Assembly (NCBI GenBank): GCA_029858565.1
Contig: JAOUEV010000072.1
Coordinates: 1-15,573 of the forward strand
Length of the DNA stretch: 15,573 bases
Reading direction: 5' to 3'
Source: Nitrospirota bacterium
GTDB taxonomy: Bacteria; Nitrospirota; UBA9217
Shown here: positions 1-8,788 of the stretch, piece by piece
Layout: each line of letters begins with the position of its first letter
Numbering within the stretch: position 1 is the first letter of the stretch
Program-made: the position numbers and the translations under genes
The notes under the pieces: generated by a model
Database searches by the model: none
What the model was told of the DNA's origin: nothing
Seen by the model: the letters and a program-made list of their open reading frames with translations, nothing else

Positions 1-657
1 GGCGACCACCACGCCGCGGCCCCGCCCGTTCACGACGACGGTACCCAGGAAGGCCATGTTCCGCTGGTCGCCGGGCGGCAGGTTCTGCTCGGCAATGGGC
101 ATCACGGTCTTCTGCGCGGGCAGCGACTCTCCGGTCAGCATGGACTCGTCGGTCTTCAGTTCCAGCGCCTTCACGAGCCGTATGTCCGCCGGCACCTTGA
201 CCCCCGAGGAGAGCAGGACGATGTCGCCGGGCACCAGATCCGCGCTGTCGATCTCGTGCTCCCGGCCGTCGCGGACCACCCGAGCCTTCGGCACGACGAG
301 CTTCTTGAGCGCCCGGACGCTCTCCTCTGCCCGGTATTCCTGGAAAAAACCGATCGCAGCGTTCAGGACCACGACCGTCAGGATGACGCCCGAGTCGACA
401 ACCTCTTCAAGCAGTGCCGTCACCACGGCGGCGATGAGAAGGATGTAGATCAGCGGGCTCGTGAACTGGCCCACCAGGATCTTCATCTTGCTGATCCGGT
501 CCTCCTCCCCGAGCCGGTTCGGACCGTGTTCGGCGAGTCTCTTCCGGACCTCGGGCAATGACAGCCCCTGCTCCGACGAAGCGAGTGACCGCAATACATC
601 GCTGCCATCACGCTGGTAGGCCTGCACAAGCGGCTGGTTAACGGTATCATCAAGCAT
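1..657 (-). CDS. Cation-transporting P-type ATPase (type II, Ca2+/Na+-like), 5' part; runs off the window's left edge
   Basis: Manual translation from ATG at 657 (GAGAGGAG RBS at ~663-670) gives MLDDTVNQ...GLSLPEVRKRLAEHGPNRL...QFTSPLIYILLIAA...IGFFQEYRAE...LVPGDIVLL...VPADIRL...DESMLTGESLP...NMAFLGT. This contains the cation ATPase N-terminal motif, TM1-2 and the TGES actuator motif. It is missing from the ORF track because it has no stop in the window. Confidence 0.93.
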   Translation of the reverse strand, partial: MLDDTVNQPLVQAYQRDGSDVLRSLASSEQGLSLPEVRKRLAEHGPNRLGEEDRISKMKILVGQFTSPLIYILLIAAVVTALLEEVVDSGVILTVVVLNAAIGFFQEYRAEESVRALKKLVVPKARVVRDGREHEIDSADLVPGDIVLLSSGVKVPADIRLVKALELKTDESMLTGESLPAQKTVMPIAEQNLPPGDQRNMAFLGTVVVNGRGRGVVVA

Positions 658-710
658 CTGTACTCCTCTCTTGCGGCATGAACTGCATTCGATCGGAACG
701 CCAGTAAACT

Positions 711-1457
711 TCAGAACCTGACCTCGACGCCAAACACCGCGTAATGGAAAAGCGAGAAGGTGTATACCTCGTCGTTGTTGGCCCCGCCTTCGAGGACCTT
801 ATACCCAGCAAAGACTTTCGTCGATGCGCGAATGTCGCACAATAGTGCGAAAAGCACGTCTTCGGCCCTGCCCTGCGGCCCCACGAGAGCATCCCCGGCA
901 ACGCGGAGCGACCAGGGTTGCGCGAACCGCCAATCTACGAGGAAGTTGACCAGCGGCACGAATCCCGTATTGGTTTTCTCCGCCTGCTGTCCTCCTCCTT
1001 CGATCGTGATCTCCGCGTCCCGGATCTTGCCGGACACTCCCAGCCAAATATCGACCTTGTCCCCGGTCACTAGCTTTCGTCGCCATGTGATCCGGTAGGA
1101 ATCGAAGCGGAACGTAGCGTCGAGATCCGTACCTGCGGCGAAGGTCGCTCCCGCGTACCGGACATCTCTGCTGACCGGACCCTGGGAGTCCACGGTGAGC
1201 GGGGCAACGACGATGCCGAAATAGTCCAGCTCCTTGCGGATGTACCCGGCCTCCAGCCTGCCGGTGTACGCTGTTTCGGCTGCGAGGTCCTTGGAAAGCG
1301 AGAATTTCGTACCGTCGTCCCCGGGTATGCGAATATCGTTCTTCTGCGTAAAGACGGCGGCACCCTGGAAATTGAGGACATACTCCGCCCGGACTCGGGG
1401 AGCGATGATCAAAATATATAACAATGCGCCGGCGGTGACACGAAGAAGGTCTCGCAT
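711..1457 (-). CDS. Putative outer-membrane beta-barrel protein (248 aa)
   Basis: N-terminal signal-peptide-like segment (VTAGALLYILIIAPRVRA), alternating amphipathic beta-strand pattern, and C-terminal ...YAVFGVEVRF ending in Phe (BAM signal-like). Confidence 0.75.
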   Translation of the reverse strand: MRDLLRVTAGALLYILIIAPRVRAEYVLNFQGAAVFTQKNDIRIPGDDGTKFSLSKDLAAETAYTGRLEAGYIRKELDYFGIVVAPLTVDSQGPVSRDVRYAGATFAAGTDLDATFRFDSYRITWRRKLVTGDKVDIWLGVSGKIRDAEITIEGGGQQAEKTNTGFVPLVNFLVDWRFAQPWSLRVAGDALVGPQGRAEDVLFALLCDIRASTKVFAGYKVLEGGANNDEVYTFSLFHYAVFGVEVRF

Positions 1458-1567
1458 TAGCCGCTTCCGTACGCGTCCCAGTCAAATAGATGCGGGGACG
1501 TGATGGTTTCGTCAGTGAAATAGATGAATACTTTTTAGGGAGGTTAGACTAGAGTCAGAATAGATTT

Positions 1568-1576
1568 ATTATATCA
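1568..1576 (-). promoter_or_regulatory. Possible extended -10 promoter (TGnTATAAT) for the beta-barrel / P-type ATPase genes
   Basis: Minus strand reads TGATATAAT in an AT-rich patch ~110 bp upstream of the 1457 start. No well-spaced -35 was found. Confidence 0.35.
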
Positions 1577-1924
1577 TTTTTATCGGAAAGCCGAGGATTG
1601 TCATTTCGGGGGCAAGCGTCACGAGATTTCCTCCCCTTCGAGATGCAGAGCATATGACAGAACGCCGCACTGTGGCATGATCTATGCGCGTCAAAGAGGT
1701 ATGCGACGTTGCCTGTCGATCAACTTATCTCAGGTGCTGCACGGCCCACTGTGCGTTCGGCTTTTCCAGTGAGCCGAGCAAAGGTGGATAGAAGCGGTGC
1801 TAATAGCAGCCGCGCGGCTTGCAGTGTGCAGATTTTTATCGAACTCAAATCGTAAGTTACTCGACAAACGGGGGTAAGTAGCTGTGATTGGACGAAATAG
1901 TCCGGGATTTGTTCAGAATCAGGG

Positions 1925-1957
1925 AAAAAGAAAAGGAACTGCGATAGCAGTTCCTTT
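1925..1957 (-). terminator. Intrinsic terminator downstream of the tRNA-Glu 3' end
   Basis: Perfect 11-bp stem AAAGGAACTGC-gata-GCAGTTCCTTT (1932-1957), followed on the minus strand by TCTTTTT, 8 nt after the CCA end. Confidence 0.75.
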
Positions 1958-1965
1958 GATTTGAT

Positions 1966-2009
1966 TGGCGTCCCCAGAGGGATTCGAACCCTCGTTATCG
2001 CCGTGAAAG
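1966..2009 (-). tRNA. Partial tRNA-Glu(TTC), 3' half only (44 nt); integrase att-site remnant
   Basis: Minus strand CTTTCACGGCGATAACGAGGGTTCGAATCCCTCTGGGGACGCCA matches the anticodon loop, variable loop, T-arm (GTTCGAATC), acceptor 3' strand and CCA of bacterial tRNA-Glu. The sequence 5' of the anticodon loop cannot form the anticodon stem, D-arm or acceptor 5' strand. Confidence 0.9.
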
Positions 2010-2047
2010 TTTTTAGCAGTGCTTTTGTTAAGTGGGCGACGCGCAAC

Positions 2048-2161
2048 GGTTTTGAGCTAACCTCTTGATAAACAAGCAAGTCGGCATTTCCGCTGATTCC
2101 GGATTTTCCGTCATTTCCGGCCCTGGAGGAAAATTCTACGACGATTCTACGACAGCGAATT
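2048..2161 (+). repeat. att-arm repeat, copy 1 (IHF site, four TTCCG units, ATTCTACGAC direct repeats with 11-bp period)
   Basis: ATTCTACGAC at 2133-2142 and 2144-2153; TTCCG four times at ~9-10-bp spacing within 2086-2119. Homologous to 10187-10220 and 12503-12644. Confidence 0.8.
2058..2070 (-). promoter_or_regulatory. IHF binding site consensus in the att arm
   Basis: Minus strand TATCAAGAGGTTA is an exact match to WATCAANNNNTTR, ~50 bp inside the att core. Confidence 0.6.
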
Positions 2162-2180
2162 CGGGAGGAGCACGTCTGCT

Positions 2181-3377
2181 TCATCGCCTGTCATTTGCGA
2201 AGAGCGCCTGGCGAATCTTCTTCACCGCGAAGCGGTGATTGATCTTTTCCTGTTCAAGACGGTTATGACTTCGCAGGTTGATCAGTCTTTCGAAAAGCGC
2301 ATGTTCTTCCGAAGTGAGGCGCGGCAAGTCCGCAAAGTCCGCATCTGCGCCGGTTACACGATAGTGTTTGAATGCTTCGAACGTTTCCTCGTCCATCATA
2401 AGCGATGTCGCATGAGGAAAATAGGACCGCAGCTGCGACAGCAGCAGGAATCCGTGGACATCTATGTCGCCCCAGTAAAAGATCCGCTTCTCGGTCAGCC
2501 AGGCGGCATTCTTGAGCAGGCCCAGCTGAAATCCCTTCCCGAAAACCGCGATGGACTTTTTTATCTCCGGTAGCGCAAGGAAGTTGTAGATGTTCGCAAA
2601 GTTCGTTTTATTTTCCAGAATAAGGACCGAATCGCACTCAGGAGAAAGGGACAGAAACGAGGACTGCGGGATGCTCATATCGCGGAGCCCGCTGAAGCAT
2701 TGCCGGCTCAGGACGCGGTCCAGCACCATCAGCCTGATCAGGGGTTCGTCGTACTTCAAATGGAAGCGCTTCTCGAATTCCGATTCTTCGCCGTTCACCT
2801 CGTCTGGGATGAGAACGTCGAGAAGCTGCCTCAGGATTGTTTTCTGTTCTTCGACAAACTTGGTAGGAAGCTCCAGCGGAAGTTCCCGAAAGTAAAGGTT
2901 CGGCCTCGGATTATCGACAAAGTACGCGCAGACAGAGAGCAACGCCGGCCACCTGCCCGCATGTTCGATGATCTTGAGCGGATTGGCAAGGACCCACTCG
3001 CGCAGTTGCGGAAAAGCAGCCAGGATTTTCTCGCTGTCGCGCCTAAAAACTGCGGCTTCTTTGTCTTTCCCGATGAACCGAAGATAATCCTCTTCGCCGG
3101 GGAAAAAGATTCGCTGTGGAAATCGTTGTTCCCCGGTTTTACGGTCTTTCCGCCGCACAAACTCGATCGAATATCCATATCCCAGCCGTTCGCGGGAGTT
3201 CACGGCCAGTTCCGAAATATCTCTCTTGATCCGCGAATAGCCGGCAAGAGTCTCTGCCGCTTTTATCTTCCCGAAACGAACGTCTTTGGGGAAAAACGCC
3301 CGGCCGGTGACGGTTGCTGCAAGAACGTCCTTATACCAGCGCTCCGCCTGTCTTCGTATCTCTTCCGGCGATATCAT
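2181..3377 (-). CDS. jetD: Wadjet nuclease JetD (DUF3322 + DUF2220 Toprim-like), ~398 aa
   Basis: Likely true start is MISPEEIRRQAERWY at 3377, forming an ATGA overlap with the jetC stop. Motifs ILENKTNF, YWGDIDVHGF and RLEQE are present. Last gene of the four-gene operon. Confidence 0.92.
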   Translation of the reverse strand: MISPEEIRRQAERWYKDVLAATVTGRAFFPKDVRFGKIKAAETLAGYSRIKRDISELAVNSRERLGYGYSIEFVRRKDRKTGEQRFPQRIFFPGEEDYLRFIGKDKEAAVFRRDSEKILAAFPQLREWVLANPLKIIEHAGRWPALLSVCAYFVDNPRPNLYFRELPLELPTKFVEEQKTILRQLLDVLIPDEVNGEESEFEKRFHLKYDEPLIRLMVLDRVLSRQCFSGLRDMSIPQSSFLSLSPECDSVLILENKTNFANIYNFLALPEIKKSIAVFGKGFQLGLLKNAAWLTEKRIFYWGDIDVHGFLLLSQLRSYFPHATSLMMDEETFEAFKHYRVTGADADFADLPRLTSEEHALFERLINLRSHNRLEQEKINHRFAVKKIRQALFANDRR

Positions 3378-6300
3378 TGCGCCGCTTCCGCCCTGCCCAG
3401 ATACCGCGCCTTTTCCTCGCGGTATTCCTGGATGGTCAGGTCGCGGACCACGGAATTGTTGCCGCCGTCGTTCGCCACGAAGTGGACGGCGTTGATGTAA
3501 TTCTCGATGATATTGATCTTCTGGAGCGGGGTCACGAGCAGGAGCTGGAGGTCGAGTTTTTTGAAGAGTTCCAGTGCGTAGCGCGTGCTGTCGTCGGAGC
3601 TCCTGCCGAAGGCCTCGTCCAGGGCAACGAACCGGAAGGAGCGGGACCGGGTCTGTTTCCATTCGAGCCCGAATTGGTAGGCAAGGGCCGAGGCCAGGAT
3701 CGTATAGGCGAGCTTCTCCTTCTGGCCCCCGGATTTTCCCGACGAGTCGCTGTAAAACTCCTTTTCCGCGTTGTCCTCGCTGTAGCGCTCGCTCGCTGAA
3801 AAAGCGAACCAGTTCCGCACGTCCGTGACGCGGCTGGTCCAGTTGAGTTCCGCCTGGGCAGCGCTTCCGAGCCGGTCCAGGATCAGTTTCACCCTGCCGA
3901 ACTTCTCTTCGTTGTACAACTCCGTGTCGCCGGCCATGTTTTCGAGGCAGTTACGGAGCTGGACTTGGAAATCCCGGACATCCGTGTCTGCGGTCTTGTC
4001 CGCGATCAGGATGATGAACGTGCCGGGGTTGTACTCGATCTCCCGCAGAGACCGGTTGATCTGTTTGATCTTGTCCTCGATGTCCTTTGCCGAGTTTTCG
4101 AGCTGGTTCTTGAAGATCGCGATGTCGTTGATCGTTCCCTCGTTCAGAAGCTCCTTGAAGCGCTTCTCGTGCTTCGGCAGGTCCTCGTCTTCGAGCTTTT
4201 TCAGGAATCCTTTGAACTCCGTGATCGCCTCGACAGCCGCGTCCGTCTCAACGGTCTCCTCCGGATAGGCGTTCTTGTACTTCTGCATCCGCGAAATGAT
4301 GGTATCGCGCAGTTTCTTCTCTTCCTCGGTCTTCCTGTTCCGCCGGTTCTCGAAACCCTTTCTCGTTTCCGTCTGGAGCCGGTCGATCGTGGAGAGGGAG
4401 AACTCTTTGTCCTGCACCTGCTCCGTAATTGCCGGAAAAAAGGAAGTTCGCTCCGCATCGGTGATCATTCCTGCGATCTGACCGCAAGCTCCGAGCTCTT
4501 CTTCGGCCCGCCGGGTTGACTCTTCGAGCTTTCCCAGTTTTTTCTCTTTTATTTCCCGCTCCGCGTCCTTCTGCCCGATCTCGCCCCTGAGCCCGGCAAG
4601 GCGGTTCTTCAGAGCCTGAAGCTGGTCCGAACTCTTTTCCAGCGCCTCTTTTTCTGAAAGCAGACGCTCTGTTTCAAGGGCGTCTTTTTTCCAGTTGATC
4701 TCGCTGTAATCCGTGATTTTCACCAGATCGCGCAGGTTTGCTTCCCGTTCTTTCAATTTCCTCTGCTGCTCCTCCACGGCCCGGATTTCCTGCTCAACCT
4801 TTTCCGCGGCTCTGCCCAGCCCGACGAGCTCTTTTTCAATGGCTTTGATCTTTTCCCTGTTGCTCCAGCCGAGAATATAGGACTTCCTGTCCAGGATGCT
4901 CCTGCGGTCGTCTTTTTCGTGGCGCGCTTTCCCGCCTTTGATCTGGCCGCTTTTCGTGAGCGCCCGGGGTTCGCGCTGGAACTGCTCGATGGTCTCGCAG
5001 CATTCATAATTGAAGCTTTCCCGGAGTTCGTGTTCAAGCCAGTCGAAGAAGGGCGTGCCGGACTTGATCTCTACCTTGTTGGCGAGCGAAGCAGCAGAAA
5101 CCTGCCGCGCCTCCTCATATTTCCCCGTGGCGGGAACTTTAAAATAGACGATCCTGCCTTTGAGGTTCGTCCGGTCCACGTACACGCTCACGCGTTTGTA
5201 GTGCTCCTCGGGTACGAACACGGAAAGGCCGAAGTTGTGCAACACCCGCTCGACGGCGCCCTCCCAGGCGCTTTCTTCGTCCTTCACCTTGAGCAGTTCC
5301 CCGCTGAAGGGAAGCTCCTGCTCCGGAATTTCCAGGTCCCTGGCCAGGGTTTCCCGTATTTTGAGATTTGCTTCGGGAATCTGCGTTTTTCTGCGCCGCA
5401 GGGACTCAAGCTCACGCTCGTTCGCTGACACGGTTTCGCCGAGCCCGCTCAGGTTTATTTTGAGTCCGTCGCGGTGTTCGATCAATTCCGAAGACTCGGC
5501 AGCCGCGGCCTCGCGCAGCTCGCCGGCCTGCTTGAGCGACTGATAGAATGCCTCTTCCTTCGGCGCCGCAGGAAGCCCAAGAGCGGTTGCAAGCCGGTCA
5601 TATTCATCAGCCTTGGCCTGTTTTCCGGTCCGCGTGACTTCGAGATTTCTGATCTCCCGTTCGAGCTCTTCGATACGACGGCCCTCGGCATTGTTTCTGA
5701 TTGCCGCGCTCACGTCCTCAGCCTGGTCCCGGAGCCCATCAAGCTCGCGCTTCACTTCTTTAAGCCTGTTCTCGGCTATGGCCGTCTGCTCGCTGAACTC
5801 TCTGATCGCCCTTTGGAGAAGCTCGGCTTTCCGGGACGCAAAAAACGACGGCAAGGCCTCAAGAGAACCCTGTAAGCTTCTCACCTCGGCGCTCGCGGCC
5901 TCGAAATTCTCAGCATCCCGGGCCAGGGGCTGGAGTTCCTCCACCTGTTTTTTCGCCTTCCGCACCGCCTCGTGGGACCGCGTGAGATTTTCATAGTTAC
6001 GTTTCAGCTCTTCGATCTTCTCTTTCACGTCGCTCTTCTCGATCATATGGTTCCGCACGAACTCCGTGAGGTTTCCCACGGACTTGATCGAAACCGTCTG
6101 GTAGAACAGTTCGAGCGCCTTTTCGGAGCGGATTCCGAAGAGGTTGCGGAAGGATGTGCAGTAATCGGTGAAATTCTCGAACACCTGCGTACGGTCCAGC
6201 CCCTTGAGCCGCTTCTTGAGCTGCAGGATGTCTTTGCCGAATTTCGTGAAGTGTTCGGCGATCGAAAGTTCCAGGCCGGAAACGACGAAGAACTTCTCCG

Positions 6301-6736
6301 GTTTGTCGCTCCTGAGCCAGAACACCTGGGCCAGGACGGTCTTCTGGTTGTAGCCCTCGTTCAGGAATGAGGCGAGCAGGACCGTGTATTCGCCATCGTC
6401 GCGCAGGCACGCAGCCTGCGCCCGGTTATCATATTCGCTCTTGATGTTCTTGTATTCGCCAAGAACATAGGACTTGATGGTCCGCTCGCGCGCTTCCACG
6501 CCCGCAGCCCGGTTGTAAACGATCTTTTGATGGGGAACGAGGAGGGTGGTGACCGCGTCCACGAGCGTGGACTTGCCCGAACCGATGTCGCCGGTCAAAA
6601 GGGAGTTCGCGCCCCCGGGCTCGATCTTCCAGATCGCCCGGTTGCCGAAGGTGCCCCAGTTCAGGACTTCCAGCCGCTCGAGACGGAAACCCGTGCGGCT
6701 GTTGTCCGCGGAGAATTCAAGAGAGAGATTGTGCAT
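3374..6736 (-). CDS. jetC: Wadjet SMC-family ATPase JetC (1120 aa)
   Basis: N-terminal LEVLNWGTF, Walker A GDIGSGKST, long coiled coils around a hinge region, signature KSGGQKEKL, Walker B FVALDEAF. Confidence 0.95.
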   Translation of the reverse strand: MHNLSLEFSADNSRTGFRLERLEVLNWGTFGNRAIWKIEPGGANSLLTGDIGSGKSTLVDAVTTLLVPHQKIVYNRAAGVEARERTIKSYVLGEYKNIKSEYDNRAQAACLRDDGEYTVLLASFLNEGYNQKTVLAQVFWLRSDKPEKFFVVSGLELSIAEHFTKFGKDILQLKKRLKGLDRTQVFENFTDYCTSFRNLFGIRSEKALELFYQTVSIKSVGNLTEFVRNHMIEKSDVKEKIEELKRNYENLTRSHEAVRKAKKQVEELQPLARDAENFEAASAEVRSLQGSLEALPSFFASRKAELLQRAIREFSEQTAIAENRLKEVKRELDGLRDQAEDVSAAIRNNAEGRRIEELEREIRNLEVTRTGKQAKADEYDRLATALGLPAAPKEEAFYQSLKQAGELREAAAAESSELIEHRDGLKINLSGLGETVSANERELESLRRRKTQIPEANLKIRETLARDLEIPEQELPFSGELLKVKDEESAWEGAVERVLHNFGLSVFVPEEHYKRVSVYVDRTNLKGRIVYFKVPATGKYEEARQVSAASLANKVEIKSGTPFFDWLEHELRESFNYECCETIEQFQREPRALTKSGQIKGGKARHEKDDRRSILDRKSYILGWSNREKIKAIEKELVGLGRAAEKVEQEIRAVEEQQRKLKEREANLRDLVKITDYSEINWKKDALETERLLSEKEALEKSSDQLQALKNRLAGLRGEIGQKDAEREIKEKKLGKLEESTRRAEEELGACGQIAGMITDAERTSFFPAITEQVQDKEFSLSTIDRLQTETRKGFENRRNRKTEEEKKLRDTIISRMQKYKNAYPEETVETDAAVEAITEFKGFLKKLEDEDLPKHEKRFKELLNEGTINDIAIFKNQLENSAKDIEDKIKQINRSLREIEYNPGTFIILIADKTADTDVRDFQVQLRNCLENMAGDTELYNEEKFGRVKLILDRLGSAAQAELNWTSRVTDVRNWFAFSASERYSEDNAEKEFYSDSSGKSGGQKEKLAYTILASALAYQFGLEWKQTRSRSFRFVALDEAFGRSSDDSTRYALELFKKLDLQLLLVTPLQKINIIENYINAVHFVANDGGNNSVVRDLTIQEYREEKARYLGRAEAAQ

Positions 6737-7301
6737 GCGTTTCCAGTCTCCGCTTGATGTCTTGCAGCATGTCGGCGGTGATCTTGGCCTTTAAGATCCG
6801 CTTCACTTCGTATTTGTCTTCTCCGGAAGCAAGCTTCCGGAGAAACCCGTATTCCACGAGCTTGTTGATCGGCGCATCGAGGCTGTCCATGATCTTCGCC
6901 TCGTTCGTCTTGTCGGACAGGAAGATCCGGACCAGCTCCTTGATCTCATCCCTGCCCAGGATGAGCCGCGTTGAATCCCCGCCCCGCACGTCGAACTCGA
7001 TCAGCTTTTCCACGAGCAGTACGCAGAGGAGCGTGACCGTGTATCCCAACTGCCGCTTTTCGATGAGCCGGGGAAGGGCGAATTCACCGTCTTCCTCCGC
7101 TTCCCGCTGCTTCAGAAACGCGAAACCTTCGGATTCGTGGATCAGCACGTCAACGCCGATCAGAGCAAAGTATTCCCTCACCTGGGCCTGGTGATCGATC
7201 AGGGCGTTCCAGATCTCCCGGTTGTCGTCGTAGACCACGCCCTGGAGCAGCCGGATGATCACCGCCGCGTAAGGCGGTATGTTGGATTGGTCCGTCGTCA
7301 T
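6717..7301 (-). CDS. jetB: Wadjet KITE subunit JetB (DUF4194), 194 aa
   Basis: LLQGVVY...W...VREYFALIG...EGFAFLKQ...LPRLI...TLLCVLL pattern; size and position between jetA and jetC with overlapping ends. Confidence 0.9.
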   Translation of the reverse strand: MTTDQSNIPPYAAVIIRLLQGVVYDDNREIWNALIDHQAQVREYFALIGVDVLIHESEGFAFLKQREAEEDGEFALPRLIEKRQLGYTVTLLCVLLVEKLIEFDVRGGDSTRLILGRDEIKELVRIFLSDKTNEAKIMDSLDAPINKLVEYGFLRKLASGEDKYEVKRILKAKITADMLQDIKRRLETHAQSLS

Positions 7302-8734
7302 CTGCAGAATATCACCTGCGGCACGCTCACTTCGAAGAGCTTGTCCGTCTCTTTGTTCGATACCAGAACGTTTTCCATCGCCTCTTCGTTGATCACCGCG
7401 CTCCGGTCCTTTGAAGCGATATTGAGGAGCGCGATCAACTCGGCAAGCCCTTTTTCGATCGGATAGGCCTCGGTCATCTGCCTGAGCGTCACCTGGGGCC
7501 GCGCTTTAAGCAGTTCCCGGATCCTGGCCCGCAACTCCTCGAGGTCGATATGGAGCTGCTTGTACAAAAGTTCAGTATCGATCCCGTCGGCAATGCCGAT
7601 GGAAAAATCCGCGTCGTTGAGCTCCGGGTTCTTCGGCACATCCCAGAGGGGCCGCTCCATGACCAGTTCGACCAGCGGCTTATCGTCGATGGCGAAAAAG
7701 TCCCGGTTCGCAGGCGGCCTGTCTTTTACCTGCACGGCCAGGGCCTTGATCTCGTTGATGATTTCGATGATACGCTTATTCTCGAGATAGGCCTTATCGT
7801 CCAGGTATTTCCTGAGTTGCTCGACCAGACGGTGGGTCGTCTTGTTCACCTTATCCCCGGACTCGATAAGCCCGACCTTGAGCCGGTCGAGGAATTCGTC
7901 GTGATCCATGTCGCTGATCTCGGGAAGCGCGAGCACTGCTCCGATCAGCTCGTCCAGCTCGTCTTGCTTTGCCTGGGACATGAGAAATTCCCAGAAAGCG
8001 CGAAAGCTCCGGCCCTGATCCGTGTCCCGTATCAAGTCCCGGTTCTTGAAGACATCGTCGAGGAGCCTCCCCTTCCGGAGAGTAGCGTCGATCTGCTTTT
8101 CCCGCACAGTGCGGTCGAGTTCGCGGAAATTGTACTCGATCTGGCGGAAATCGGACAACAGCTTCCGAGCAGAATCCTGGACTTCGAAAAAGCGCTCTTT
8201 CACCTGCGTTTCGTTCAGACGCTCGATGATACCTGCTTCGATCTTCTCGATTTCGGCCTCGATTTCACGTTTCTGCCGTGCCAGTTCTTCCAGCCGCCGC
8301 GCCGGGTCCGCCGAACTCCGGTATATAATCTCTTTCAGGAGGTCGAACAGCTTGAGAAGCCGCGATTCCGTGCCCACGAACTCTTTCTTCTCAAGATCCC
8401 GAATCCAGTCCAGTGCCTTCTCCATCGCCGGCGTAAGCTCGAACAAGGCCTCGTCGCTCTCAGGCGGATAGAATTTCCGGAGGAATCCGTCGTTTGTCCA
8501 GGCGGCAAGATAATCCTGGGCCGTTCCGGGATAGACCGCATCGCCCCCCTGCTCCCGTAGCGCGTGCAGGTAATCGGCGAGCTCCGTCGTAAGCTCCCCC
8601 GCCGCCGCGGTCATGCGGTTGTTCTTTTTGAACCGGCGAAAGAGGAAGCTGATGATCAGGGGCGCGTTGTCGAGCTTGAGCACCCGTACGGTGGGATTAT
8701 GTTCCTTGATATAGCGTATATAGTCGTGATCCAT
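7298..8734 (-). CDS. jetA: Wadjet kleisin JetA (DUF3375), 478 aa
   Basis: HNPTVRVLKLDNAPLIISFL, ELTPAMEKALDW, FVGTESRL, DQGRSFRAFWEFLMS and YPIEKGLAEL are typical of DUF3375. First gene of jetABCD. Confidence 0.92.
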   Translation of the reverse strand: MDHDYIRYIKEHNPTVRVLKLDNAPLIISFLFRRFKKNNRMTAAAGELTTELADYLHALREQGGDAVYPGTAQDYLAAWTNDGFLRKFYPPESDEALFELTPAMEKALDWIRDLEKKEFVGTESRLLKLFDLLKEIIYRSSADPARRLEELARQKREIEAEIEKIEAGIIERLNETQVKERFFEVQDSARKLLSDFRQIEYNFRELDRTVREKQIDATLRKGRLLDDVFKNRDLIRDTDQGRSFRAFWEFLMSQAKQDELDELIGAVLALPEISDMDHDEFLDRLKVGLIESGDKVNKTTHRLVEQLRKYLDDKAYLENKRIIEIINEIKALAVQVKDRPPANRDFFAIDDKPLVELVMERPLWDVPKNPELNDADFSIGIADGIDTELLYKQLHIDLEELRARIRELLKARPQVTLRQMTEAYPIEKGLAELIALLNIASKDRSAVINEEAMENVLVSNKETDKLFEVSVPQVIFCR

Positions 8735-8788
8735 GTTTTTTCTGCGTTGAGCGCTGCCGTTCCAAGCAGAGCAAGTTCGCCTTCTTTT

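Noticed and set aside
1730-1920. Possible ncRNA or second att arm left of the tRNA fragment
   Set aside because: Only short weak stems and an imperfect IHF-like string; nothing can be supported without a covariance search.
1966-2009. Functional full-length tRNA-Glu
   Set aside because: The 5' half is absent and no cloverleaf can form, so it is reported only as a fragment.
1720-2184. 154-aa minus-strand ORF apparently coupled to jetD
   Set aside because: It runs through the att arm, tRNA fragment and terminator; TRVRIPLGTP is simply the translated T-arm. Not a credible protein.
3378-3662. N-terminal 95 aa of the 493-aa jetD ORF
   Set aside because: It overlaps the conserved jetC C-terminus in another frame; the ATGA-coupled start at 3377 fits better.
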